From contig OZ251248.1 of the NCBI GenBank assembly GCA_965240325.2, positions 744,001 through 808,000 on the forward strand: 64,000 bases of DNA. Direction: 5' to 3'. Source of the DNA: Rebecca billardiae RCC1528 (taxonomy: Eukaryota; Protista; Haptophyta). Shown here in pieces: positions 48,256 through 59,811 of the stretch. A program made the position numbers and the translations under genes. The notes under the pieces were generated by a model that was not told where the DNA came from, made no database searches, and was given only the letters and a program-made list of their open reading frames with translations. The stretch's first letter is position 1. The number at the start of each line of letters is the position of its first letter.

Positions 48256-51200
48256 ATGGTGGCGGGGATGCTGCTGCGGCGCAGCGGCGGCGCTCGGCGC
48301 GGCGTGGGCGGCGTAGCCCTCGCGGCCGCGCGCGCGCTGAGCAGCAAGCCGGTCCGCACGGCCGCGCACCCGCTCGAGTCCTTCCTCAACGCCGGCAGCG
48401 CCAACTACGTCGACGAGATGTACGAGGCGTGGCGTGCCGACCCCTCGTCCGTCCACAAGTCGTGGCAGGTCTTCTTCCGCGACGCGGAGGCGGGCGTGCC
48501 CGCCGGTGGCTCGTTCGTGCCCCCGCCCACCCTCGCCACCACCACGCAGCTCGCCGCGCCCGCGCCCGCCGCGGCCGCCGCGCGGCCGGCCGTGCCGACG
48601 ACGGGCGCCGTCGTGCCACTCGAGCCGCTCGCCGCCGCGTCCGAGCACTCGGAGACGATGAAGGTGGTGCAGCTGGTGCGCGCGTACCAGAACCGCGGGC
48701 ACAACATCGCGAATCTCGACCCGCTCGGCGTGTACGACGCAGACCTCGACGGCTCCATCCCGCCCGAGCTCGACCTCGACAACTACGGGTTCACCGAGGC
48801 GGACATGGACAAGGAGTTCAACATCGGCGCGTTCATGGCGTCCGGGTTCATGAACATCGACCGGCCGCCGATGAAGCTGCGCGACCTGCTCGCGCGGCTG
48901 GAGCAGACGTACGCCGGCTCGATCGGCGTCGAGTACATGCACATCCCCGACCGCGAGCAGCTCAACTGGCTGCGCGAGCACTTTGAGACGCCCGAGCCGT
49001 TTTCCTTCTCCAAGGACGAGAAGCTTCGCATGCTCGACCGGCTCACCTGGGGCGACCACTTCGAGTCGTTCCTCGCGAACAAGTTCTCCGCGGTGAAGCG
49101 GTTCGGCGTGGAGGGCGGCGAGTCGCTCATCCCCGGCATGAAGGCGATGGTCGACGAGGCGTGCGAGCACGGCATCGAGGCCATCGTGATGGGCATGCCG
49201 CACCGCGGGCGGCTCAACGTGCTCGCCAACGTCGTGCGCAAGCCGTTCGAGTCGATCTTCGGCGAGTTCCAGGTGCGCGCGCGCGCGCGCGGTGTGGCGC
49301 GCGGTGGGTGGCGCGAGGCGTGCCGGCGTGCGCCGCGCCGCGCCGCGGGCGGCCGCGCGCTCACCGCGCGCCGCGCCGCCGCCGCTGCCGCGCCCCCCGT
49401 CACACCGCGCGCGCGCGCGCACGCACGGCTGGCTGGCTGGCTGCTGTGGCTGGGGGGGGCGCGCAGGGCAAGTTCTCGAAGGGGGAGGAGGACGACTGGT
49501 CTGGGACGGGCGACGTCAAGTACCACCTCGGCATGTCGTACACGCGGCCCACCGTGACGGGCAAGTCGATCCACCTTGCCCTCGTCGCGAACCCTTCTCA
49601 CCTCGAGGCGGTCAACCCTGTGGTTGAGGGCAAGACGCGCGCCAAGCAGCACTTCACGGGGGACACGGACCGCTCGCGCACGATGAGCGTGCTGCTGCAC
49701 GGCGACGCGGCGTTCTCGGGGCAGGGCGTCGTGTTCGAGACGATGGGGCTCTCCGACCTGCACAACTACACGACGGGCGGCACGGTGCACATCGTCGTCA
49801 ACAACCAGATCGGCTTCACCACCGACCCGCGCTCGTCGCGCTCGTCGCCGTACTGCTCCGACGTGGCGAAGGCGATCTCGGCGCCGGTGTTCCACGTGAA
49901 CGGCGACGACGTGGAGGCGGTGTGCTTCGTGATGCAGCTCGCGGCGAAGTGGCGGCAGACCTTCCACAAGGACGTCGTCGTCGACATCGTGTGCTACCGC
50001 AAGCACGGGCACAACGAGATCGATCAGCCCATGTTCACGCAGCCGCTCATGTACCAGGTGCGTGCGCGGTGGGGCGGTGGCGGTGTGGTGGTGGTGGCGG
50101 TGCGTGCGCGGTGGGGCGGTGGCGGTGTGGTGGTGGTGGCGGTGTGTGCGCGGTGGTGGTGCCGGCGTGTGCGCACCCGCCGACGGCAACGAGGTCACTG
50201 CCGCGGTGGCGGGAGTGTGCGCCACCGCTGCCGCCGCCGCCACTGGCGCGGTGGCGCAGCCGTGTACGCCGCCGCTGCCCGCCGCCACTGCGGCTGCCGC
50301 GCGGTGGTGTGTGCCGCTGCCGCCGCTGCCGCGCGGAGTGGGGCGCGGCGCCCCACTCCGCGCGCATGCCCCTCGCTCACCCATGCCCTGTGGTCGCTCC
50401 CCCGCTCGCGCGACCGCGACGGCGCGCGGCGCGTGCCGCCGCCCTCCGCCACCGCCACCTCCACCGCCTCCGCGCCCGCCTCCGCGCCCGCGCCCGCGCC
50501 CGTGCCCGCCACCGCCCCCGCCTCCGCGCCCGCGCCCGCGCCCGTGCCCGCCACCGCCCCCGCCTCCGCGCCCGCGCCCGCGCCCGCGTCCGCAGGCCAT
50601 CGCCAAGCAGGTCCCCACTTGGAAGCAGTACTCGCAGAAGCTGGTCGCAGAGGGCACGGTCACACAGGAGCAGGTCGACCGGCTCTCGAAGAGCGTGCTC
50701 GACGAGTTCACCGCCAAGCTCGAGCAGTCCAAGACGCACACGCCCAAGAAGTCGGAGTGGCTCTCGTCCAGCTGGTGCGCCGCGCGCGCTCTGCAAGCGC
50801 GCGGCGCGAGCGCGCGGCGCGGCGGGGCGCGTGGCGCGCCTCAGCTGACGCGCGCGCACGCGGCCACGCGCGCCCTCTCTCTCTCTCTCTCTCGCGCGCG
50901 CGCCCAGGTCGGGCATGCACACGCCCAACATCTTCTCGCCCGTGAAGGACACGGGCGTCGAGCTCGAGACGATGCGGCGCATCGGCGAGCGCATCTCGAC
51001 CATCCCGGCCGAGATCGCCACGCCGCACCGCAAGATCAAGGAGATCTATGCGCAGCGCGCCAAGATGGTGGAATCGGGCGAGAACATCGACTGGGCGATG
51101 GCGGAGCAGCTGGCGTTCGGCTCGCTGCTGTGCGAGAACATCCACGTGCGGCTGTCCGGGCAGGACGTGGAGCGCGGCACGTTCTCGCACCGGCACGCCG

Positions 51201-52796
51201 TCGTGCACGACCAGAAGACCGGCGAGAAGGCGATGCCGCTCCAGAAGATCATGCCGAACCAAGCGGCGTTCATCGCGTGCAACTCGTCGCTTTCCGAGTT
51301 TGCGGTGCTCGGCTTTGAGCTCGGGTACTCGCTCGAGTCGCCCAACCAGCTGGTGCTGTGGGAGGGGCAGTTCGGCGACTTTGCGAACACCGCGCAGTGC
51401 ATCATCGACCAGTTCATCTGCTCGGGCGAGCAGAAGTGGATCCGCCAGGTGCGTCGTGTCTGCGCGTGTGTGCGTGCGCGTGTGCGCGTGCGTGTGCGCG
51501 TGTGCGCGTGTGCGTGTGCGCGCGTGTGTGTGTGCGCGCAGCGCGCGCGCCGACGCAGGGCGGCCAACGGTCGTGTGCGTGCAGTGCAGCGCGCGCGCTG
51601 ACGCGGGGCAGCCAGCGCCGCGGGCGTGGCGGCGCCGGCACGCCCGCCGGCCTGCGGCCGGAACGGCGGGCGGCGGGAGGGCGGGCGCCGGGCTGTCTGG
51701 GACAATCCGGCCGATGGGAGCGGGGCGCGGCTGAGGCGCGCGCCGCGCGCGCGGGGCGCGCGCGACGCGGCGCGTGCGGCTGAGCCGCGCCCCTCGCACG
51801 CGCTGCGCACACGCCGCCCCTCCCGCCGCGTGCGCCCTCGCCCTCCTCCGCGCCCCGCCCCTCGCCGCCCAGTCGGGCCTCGTCCTCCTGCTGCCGCACG
51901 GCTACGACGGCCAAGGCCCCGAGCACTCCTCCGCTCGGCTCGAGCGCTTCCTACAGATGTCTGACGACGATCCTGACGTTTTTCCGCCGATGGAGATTAC
52001 GGAGCGGCGGCAGATTCAGGAGGGGAACTGGCAGGTGGTGAACGTGACGACGCCGGCCAACTACTTCCACGTGCTCCGGCGGCAGGTGCGCCGCGCCGAC
52101 GCGGCCGCGGCCACACACCCTGCGCGCGCGCGCGCGCGTGTAGGCCGCCCTGCGCAGCCCGCAGCCCGCCCGCCTCTCACCGCCGCCCGCGCGCCCGCGC
52201 GCGCGTCCGCCCGCCCGCGCGCGCCTCGCCCGGCGGCCCCGCCCCGCGTGTGCTCGGCGTCGCAGACGCACCGCGACTTCCGCAAGCCGCTCGTCGTGAT
52301 GTCGCCCAAGAACCTGCTGCGCCACCGCCAGTGCGTCTCCACCTTCGCGCAGATGGGCGCGGGCACGCGCTTCATGCGCATGATCCCGGACTCTGGCGAG
52401 GGAGTCCTGCCGCCGGACGAGGTGCGCCGCCTCGTGTTCTGCTCGGGTAAGGTGTACTACGAGTTGATGCAGGCGCGCGAGAAGCTGGCGGAGGAGTCCG
52501 GGCGGCCGTCGGACGTGGCGATCGCGCGGATCGAGCAGATCTCGCCCTTCCCCTTCGACAAGGTGCGCGACGAGGGCCTGCGCTTCAAGAACGCCGAGGT
52601 GATCTGGTGCCAGGAGGAGCCCAAGAACGCGGGCGCGTGGTCGTACGTACAGCCTCGCATGGAAACCGCGTTCCGGCCGACGAGCGGCCAGCGCGCGCGC
52701 TACGTGGGGCGCAAGCCGATGGCGGCGGTCTCGACGGGGTACAAGGACATGCACGACCGCGAGCAGGCCAAGCTCATCAGCGAGGCGCTCGTCTGA
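48256..52796 (+). CDS. OGDH: Mitochondrial 2-oxoglutarate dehydrogenase E1; exons ~48256-49272, 49467-50057, 50595-50774, 50908-51448, 51873-52085, 52266-52796
   Basis: [74 protein letters not shown] and WCQEEPKN. Arg-rich presequence. Confidence 0.97.
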
Positions 52797-53860
52797 GCGG
52801 CCCGCCCGCCGGAGCGCCCCCTCCCCACCTCCGGGCCGCGCTCGGCGGAGGCCGCGCGCCGCCGAGCCGGTGCTCCGGGAGGGAGCGGACGCTGCCGCGC
52901 GCACTGGCCGCTGCCGTGGCGCGCCCAGTGTGCCGGTGGCGTGCCGGCGGCTCCGCCCGCCGAGCACTCCACGGCTGCAGCAACGACGCGATTGCGCGCT
53001 GCGAGCTGCGCTCCTGCTCGTCGTCAGCAGTGCCTAAGCTCGCGTTGCCTGTCGGCCCGCCTGTCGCACGCGCCTGCTGGCTCCGGCTTCGGTCCACCCC
53101 TCCCTGTCCGGTCACTGGAGCGTTACATCTGCTGCTTGATGACAGCACGGAAATCGGCGGGACCAGCGCCGCCGCGCGCCTCTGATGATGATCGTCTACT
53201 CCATAGCTCCGGCCTAGACCGCGGCAGTCGATCTCGGACCCAGTGCCGGCCACGCGGCGGCGGGCCCGCGCCAGCGGGCCCGCCGGACCGGCGGGCCGCC
53301 GGGCCCACGGGCGCTGGCGCCGCGAGTGGCGCGAGTCGGCGCCGCACCGGGGCGACCGGCGGCACGGTGACGGAGTCGCCGCCGCCAGCCTGAGCCGCGC
53401 GCTGACGATCGATGTGCGCGCCGCGCCGCCATCGCGTCAGTACGACGTACGCGAATTCATCATCAGCGTATATTAAGCGCGCTCGGCGCGGGCCTCCTCC
53501 CGCCTCCGCGAGGCCTGGCAGCGCGGGCCGGCGCGGCCGGCGAGCAGGCACTTAGCCCGCTCATGCCCGGATCGGTCACTCTCGCCGCGCGGCGGCGGCG
53601 GCGCGAATGACGACGCTACTCGTCATGACGATTGATGCTGATCGACGACATTGCCACTGCTGTCATTGCCCGGCGCTGACGCGCTAGCTACACTAACACT
53701 CACGCCACCGCATCATTGATGATGCTGGCGCCGTCACGCCCCGCCGTCGCCCTGATGGCTGCATGATGCTGATGGCGGCGGCCCGTGCCCACCGAGCTCC
53801 GAGTGTGATCGCTGATGCGTAGGTGGTCGCGTTCGCTGCTCATCGGCGTGACGCTACCGC

Positions 53861-55501
53861 TCAGCTCGGGCCCTCCAGCCAGCCCTCATCCGTGCGCAGG
53901 CGCGGCAGGCAGCCCGCGCCGATGCGCGTCGGCGTTTGCATTTGGTCGAGGTCTCGCTCGATGCTTAGGTTGTGGCCGAGCGCGGCGCAGGCGCGGCCGC
54001 ACGCGTACACGGCGCCGTCGGCCGTCCAGAAGAGGGAGTGGCTGCCGCCGAGCGCGCAGCCGAGCACCGGCCTGCCCGCGAGGGCGCGCACCTGGTTCAC
54101 GTGCCCGCGCGGCTCGCCCGCCGGCCCGTGCGCGAGCCGGCCGTGCTTCGAGTCACCCAGCGTATGCACGGTGGCGTCGGCGGCAAGAAGGGCCGACGCG
54201 CTGAACCCGCCGGCGGCGCGCACGCTCGTCAGGTGGCGCGGCAGGCTCTGGATGCGCCTGGGCACGAGCTGGTCCGCGTGATCGCCGTGGCCGAGGCAGC
54301 CCAGGCGGCCGCAGCCGAACGAGTACGCGCTCCCCGCGGCGTCCACCACCAGGCTGTGCATCCAGCCCGCGCTGACGTGCACCGCGCGCACGGCCGCGAG
54401 CGCAGCGATGCGCCTCGGCACCAGGCAGCCCACCTCGTCGCCGTGGCCGAGCTGGCCTCCGATGCCGCTGCCGCAGGAGAAGACGCCCCCGCCGATGGAG
54501 AGCAAGAGCGTGTGGCCCCCGCCTGCCGAGAGCCCGCCAAGGCGCACGCCCCCCAGCGCGTCGATTCGCGTCGGCGTCGCCACCCAGCGCCCGCCCGCGC
54601 CATCGCTGTGGCCGAGCTGGCCGCAGCCGTTGGCGCCCCAGCTGTACGCACAGCCCGCGGCGCTGAGCGCGAGGCTGTGGTCGGCGCCGGCGGCGATGCC
54701 CACGACGAGCTCGGCCTTCGGCACGCGCACGCGACAGAATGCCCCGCGGTCCTCCGGATCGCCCAGCCCCAGCTGGCCGCACTCGTTGCGGCCGCAGCCG
54801 TACACGGCGCCCGCCTCGCTCAGCGCGAGCAGGTGCTCCCAGCCAGCGGCCACCGAGCGCACGCGCACCGCGCCGAGCGAGGCGACGCGCGTCGGCACGA
54901 GCATGGGGGGCGCGCCGCCGTGCGCGGGGGCCGGCTGCCCCATCGCCATGCACCGACGGACCCCGCCCGTCGCGAGGCCAAACGCGTCTGCCACCGCCTC
55001 CTCGCCGCACGTGTACAGCCCACCGTCCGCGCCCACAAACGCGCTGAACAGGCATTGGCCATCGGCGGCGCTCGCCGCAGCGGGGTAGGCGAACGCGCGC
55101 GCGAGCTCGAAGACGCGCTCGCGCGCGAGGAGCTCGCCCACCCACGAGCACGAACACGCGGGCAGCGCGGGCGGCAGCGCGCGCTCGTGCCCGCGCATGC
55201 GCGTGCGCTCGCGCAGCGCGTGCTCGACCGGCGAGCGGCCGCCAGGCTCGCCTCGGAAGAGGCGTGCCGTAGCGTTGGCAGCGGCGATGGCCCGCGCGGT
55301 CGGCAGCCACCCCACGATCCGCTCGATCACGTCGGCGGGCAGGTCGACCAGGCGCCCCGCAACCGCGACGCACGGCGGACGCAGCAGCGCGTCGGGCAGG
55401 CTGGCCGCAGACCCGGCGGCGGTGGCGTCGGTTCCATGGGTCTCGCGCACGCGTGCCCAGCCGAGCGCGGCCGCGAGGCCCTGCAGCACCCAGCCGAACA
55501 T
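53861..55501 (-). CDS. F-box-like plus RCC1-repeat protein (copy A)
   Basis: LVDLPADVIERIVGWLP is F-box-like. Repeats follow the pattern AAG..HSL.....G.VYSWG.N..GQLGHG. Confidence 0.85.
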   Translation of the reverse strand: MFGWVLQGLAAALGWARVRETHGTDATAAGSAASLPDALLRPPCVAVAGRLVDLPADVIERIVGWLPTARAIAAANATARLFRGEPGGRSPVEHALRERTRMRGHERALPPALPACSCSWVGELLARERVFELARAFAYPAAASAADGQCLFSAFVGADGGLYTCGEEAVADAFGLATGGVRRCMAMGQPAPAHGGAPPMLVPTRVASLGAVRVRSVAAGWEHLLALSEAGAVYGCGRNECGQLGLGDPEDRGAFCRVRVPKAELVVGIAAGADHSLALSAAGCAYSWGANGCGQLGHSDGAGGRWVATPTRIDALGGVRLGGLSAGGGHTLLLSIGGGVFSCGSGIGGQLGHGDEVGCLVPRRIAALAAVRAVHVSAGWMHSLVVDAAGSAYSFGCGRLGCLGHGDHADQLVPRRIQSLPRHLTSVRAAGGFSASALLAADATVHTLGDSKHGRLAHGPAGEPRGHVNQVRALAGRPVLGCALGGSHSLFWTADGAVYACGRACAALGHNLSIERDLDQMQTPTRIGAGCLPRLRTDEGWLEGPS

Positions 55502-55682
55502 TCGCGCGCGCGTCGCGCGTCGCGATCTCGATTGGCTGCGGAGGACCCCCGACCGGGCGGCCCCGGAGAGGCCGGCCAAGAGCGGCCGCCCGGGATTTCA
55601 GATTTGATCAGCATGGAGCCTGGCCGGCCCGTTGGCGTCCCGCCGTACAGGCTGAGTGAGTGCACGTTCGACTGGGTGGTCG

Positions 55683-57644
55683 ATGCTGAGCGTGCACTCT
55701 CTCTACTCGGCCGGGAAGACGTACACCAAGCGCAAGCGCTGCCGCACCTCCTACCTCGGCCCGCCTGCCGGCAAGCTCCGCGCGCTCGGCGCGCGCACGT
55801 CACGGCTCGGCGCACTCCGGGCGCGCAGGCGCCGTGGCGCTGGTCGCGGCAGCGCGCCGCCGGGCCCGCTGGCGGAGCCACCAGCCGAGCCGGCCGAGCG
55901 CGCTGTTTCGGGCCGCAGCGCGGCGCCGGCTGGGCTGGCCCACCTGCCAGCCGAGCTGATCGAGCGGGTGCTCACGTTTGTGCCATCGGCACGCGATCTC
56001 GCCGCCGCTGAGGCGGCGTCGCGCCTCTTCCGCGGCGCGCCGGGCGGCCGCTCGCCGGTCGAGCGCGCGCTGCGCGAGCGCGTGCGCATGCGCGGGCACG
56101 AGCACCTGCTGCCGCCGACGCTGCCCGCCGGCGCGCGCTCGTGGAAGGCTGAGCTGCTCATGCGTGAGCGGGTGCTTGACCTCGCGCGCGCGCACGCGCG
56201 CGTCGCCGACCCGAGCTCGAGCGCGCACATGGACTACGCGTTCCTCAGCGCGTTTGTGGGCGCGGGCGGCGCGCTGCACACGCGCGGCGAGGAGGCGGGG
56301 CTCCTCGCCTTCCACCCGTGCGCGGCGCTGGGGCACGGGAATCGCGTCGGCAGGGTTGCGACGCCGCGCCGCGTGCTCTTGCTCTCGGCTGTGCGCGTGG
56401 TCGCGATGGCCGCCGGCTGGGCCCACCTGCTCGCGCTGACCGATGCCGGCGCCGTGTACGGCTGCGGCCGCAACGCGTGCGGCCAGCTGGGGCTGGGCGA
56501 TATGGAGGACCGCTGGAAGTTCTGCCGCGTGCGCACGCTGGCGGGCGAGCTCGTCGTGGGCATCGACGCCGGCGCCGACCACAGCGTAGCGCTCAGCGCC
56601 GCTGGCTGTGCGTACAGCTGGGGCGACAACACCTTTGGCCAGCTCGGCCACGGCGACCAGACTCAGCGGTGACAGCCGACGCGCATCGAGGCGCTGGATG
56701 GCGTGCGCGTGGGCGCGGTCTCTGCGGGAGGGAGCACAACGCTGCTGCTCACGGCCAGCGGCGTTGTGTACGCGTGCGGTCACGGCTGCCACGGCCAGCT
56801 CGGCCACGGTCCCCAGGCGGTCCCGATCGAGAGCACGCCGAGGCGCATCCGCGCGCTCGATGGCGTGTGCATCGTGCGCGTGAGCGCGGGCGCGACGCAC
56901 AGCCTGCTGGTCGACGCGCGGGGCGCCGTGCACGCGTTCGGCTTCGGGCTGTGGGGCTGCCTGGGGGCACGCGCCTCGGCGCGCGCTCTCGCGCGCGACG
57001 AAGACGACGGGGCTTGCAACCCGCACGGCCTGTTCAGCTACTGGGACCCCGGCAACCACCGCGACCGCTGGGCGCCCAGGCGGATCAGCGCGCTCAGCCG
57101 CGTGCGCGCCGTGCACGCCAGCGCAGGCTACTTCAACAGCGCCGTGCTGGACGCGGACGGCAGCGTGCACACGTTCGGCCACCCGCACTACCCGCTGCCG
57201 GACCCGGAGCTCTCTGCACGGCTGGCGGCGCCCAGGCGCTTTGTGGAGCTCGCGCACGAGCGCGTGGTGGGCTGCTCGCTGGGCGCCGGGAGCGCGCTGT
57301 TCGTGACGGTGGGCGGGCGCGTGTACTTGTGCGGCATTCGCACAGCCGCGCTTGGGCTCGGCTTCAGCACCTCGGACATGTTCGGGCCAACGAGGACGCC
57401 GACTCCGAGGCGACTGGCTCCAGCAGCGGCGGTGACGATGACGACCCCGGCCTCCTCATGCTCAGCACGGACGATGGCGCGATCTGGGCCTCACCGCTAT
57501 GCGCCAGCGGCGGCGGAAGGGGGCGGCGTACACGGTGAACCCAGAGCCCATCGTGAGGCAGCTGCCGCCGATCTGAGCTCCGATCATCATCATCCGGTTG
57601 ACGACCCCGCCCCTAATATATATGTGGGGTTATTGGCACAATAA
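55683..57644 (+). pseudogene. F-box-like plus RCC1-repeat protein (copy B) interrupted by a single in-frame TGA at 56670-56672
   Basis: Paralogous to copy A (LFRGAPGGRSPVERALRERVRMRGHE). ORFs 55656-56672 and 56703-57644 share a frame and the RCC1 pattern continues across the stop: GHGDQTQR*QPTRIEAL. Confidence 0.7.
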
Positions 57645-58386
57645 CTGATTATTGTCTAAGAGGACGGTGGGAGCGCAATGCGCCGTATCAACACCTGCCT
57701 GCCATTCGGCCCGAGCCAGGCGGCCGAGCTCAAGTCCGGCCGCCATCTTGGCCACCCTCTTCTCGCTCGTGCCACGAGGGACTTTTGAGCCTGCTCTGTG
57801 CTCTCGCACAACGACCCCGAGCAACCTACTCGCTGTGATGCTCCTGGGCCTTAGGCAAATAGGCAAGGTTGGCGGCGGCACAGGACGGCCAATTGGTGAA
57901 CTGGGTTTTTCATCAGGCGCCGAGCGAACCGACGCAGTCCAGTGCCTCTCGCTTACACTCGCAGCGAACGCCCTTCGGAAGTGCCCACTGGCATGATGGC
58001 TGCAGCTGTTTCCGGGCCCGCATCTTCGCGATGCCCTCTGCACGATGGTGCTTCGTGCCTTGCTCTCATGCGGCTTAGTAGCGGCTCTCGAGCTGCGCCT
58101 ACAAATAAACAGTCTGGTATCTCGCAGCGTGGCTCTGCCCTGCCCGGCGTGTGCCTCGCCTCCTCGCTGCCGAATCCGATCTGGATGGCGCAGGCGCTTC
58201 GACTGGACGGCTAGACATATATATATATTAAACTACTCGTCGACGATATTAATCGCGATGATATGAATTATGATCGACGATCATCATCATCATCAGGCAT
58301 CTATATATTAACGACGTATATTAAATATTATAATAATAAATAATATATAAGCTCGTCGCGTCATCCGCATATATCTGAGCGCGATG

Positions 58387-59811
58387 CACCTTGAATGACC
58401 CCAGTGGGCGGAAATGGCCATATCTCCCGGAGATTGCGTTTACTGACGTACGTCAGTAAAGTTTCGTCGGGATTTTCAGCAATTTCATTGGAGGAGGGTG
58501 CCTCACTCTATTGTCCAAACATGCATTTTCGGGATGTGAAGCTGTAAGTGTTTCGCCTTGCGGAGTAGCGCAGCCGCCAATCCGTCCAATGGGAAGCCAG
58601 CTCGGGCTTCGCTCAATGAAAAATGATCACATCGGCTCCCGCGAGCCCCGATAGGAAATAGAGCTCGCTCCGTTCCACTTCGTCGGTATCTCGCCGTCTC
58701 GTGGTGGGCGAGGGGCGGAGCTGAGTGGTTGGGTCTGCGGCGCAGACTGCGATGCTGGGCTGCTGACGTTCTCCGCGCGGGATATCTGAGGGGCACGCGA
58801 GCTGTATGTAGGGCACGCCTTGCAAACAATCTCCCCGCTGTACGTGCAGGTCATGCTAGCGTCCTCCGCGCCAAAAAAACCTGCTTGTTCTTGCGCGAGG
58901 CCCGAGTCCGCGGCACTCGGTCGCTGCTCGCCGCAAGCTGGCACGCGTCAGCGTCTACACATTCACGATTCGGTGGTCATCGTGCGCCTGAGGACGGGGG
59001 CGATCTACTGAGTGCGCTGCTAGATGAGCAGGCCCGCGTAAGGTTAGATCACCCTGCTCCTCACGCCTTGCGCGCACCTTGGGTTGCTTCCGTCACGCTT
59101 GAGGCGCTTCACGTCGCACGGGTCGGCGTAAGCTGTGTGTGTGATGCAAGCAGACGTCTTCCAAGCCTGGCTTGTACCCGATGGGAGAGCATACTTCTAT
59201 CGCCTTCAGCCACCACCTTCTCCGGCGTTCGACGCCCACACTACATGCGACCACAGCCATACGCAGCTCGTCGGGACTCGTCTCCGTTAGCTTATCGATG
59301 TGCAAACGCCAAGGCCTGTGACACGCAGGGAAGACTGATTCGCCATGGCATTTGTGCACTGCGTGAAGTATTGACACCAGCGCACGTTCGCCAGGTAGAT
59401 TTGCGGGAGCAGAGCGTGCTTTTCTGCAAGGATTCGCACACGTATCACAGAAGTTCAGCAGTCGCGGGCTCGGACTGAAGATCTCTGCACCGTCGCTTGG
59501 CCGTGAGTGACAGGAACAGGCGAGGAGCTCCCACGGTGCTGGCGCACAACATGCCGTGACAGCGGGGGGCACACACATGGCGCGTGCGCTGACACAACCG
59601 CGCGGACGACCGGGCTAGGCGCCACTGATCGGCCGCCCTCGGGCAAGGCACCGGCGGACTTCGCGGCCGGAACGCCATCGGGACAGCCGTCCCTCGTTTC
59701 GGCCGCCAGATAGTCTTTCGCCTTCTTCAAAACTCTAAACATTGACTGGCCAAGTAACTCTGAGATTCGCAATCGTGCGGCCAAAAACGGGGCTGGGGGG
59801 CAGTCAAGGTG
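58387..59811. mobile_element. Putative non-autonomous TIR element with CACC termini
   Basis: Left end CACCTTGAATGACCCC versus the reverse complement of the right end, CACCTTGACTGCCCCC (14/16). The interior has lower GC and both flanks are AT-rich. No convincing TSD. Confidence 0.55.
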
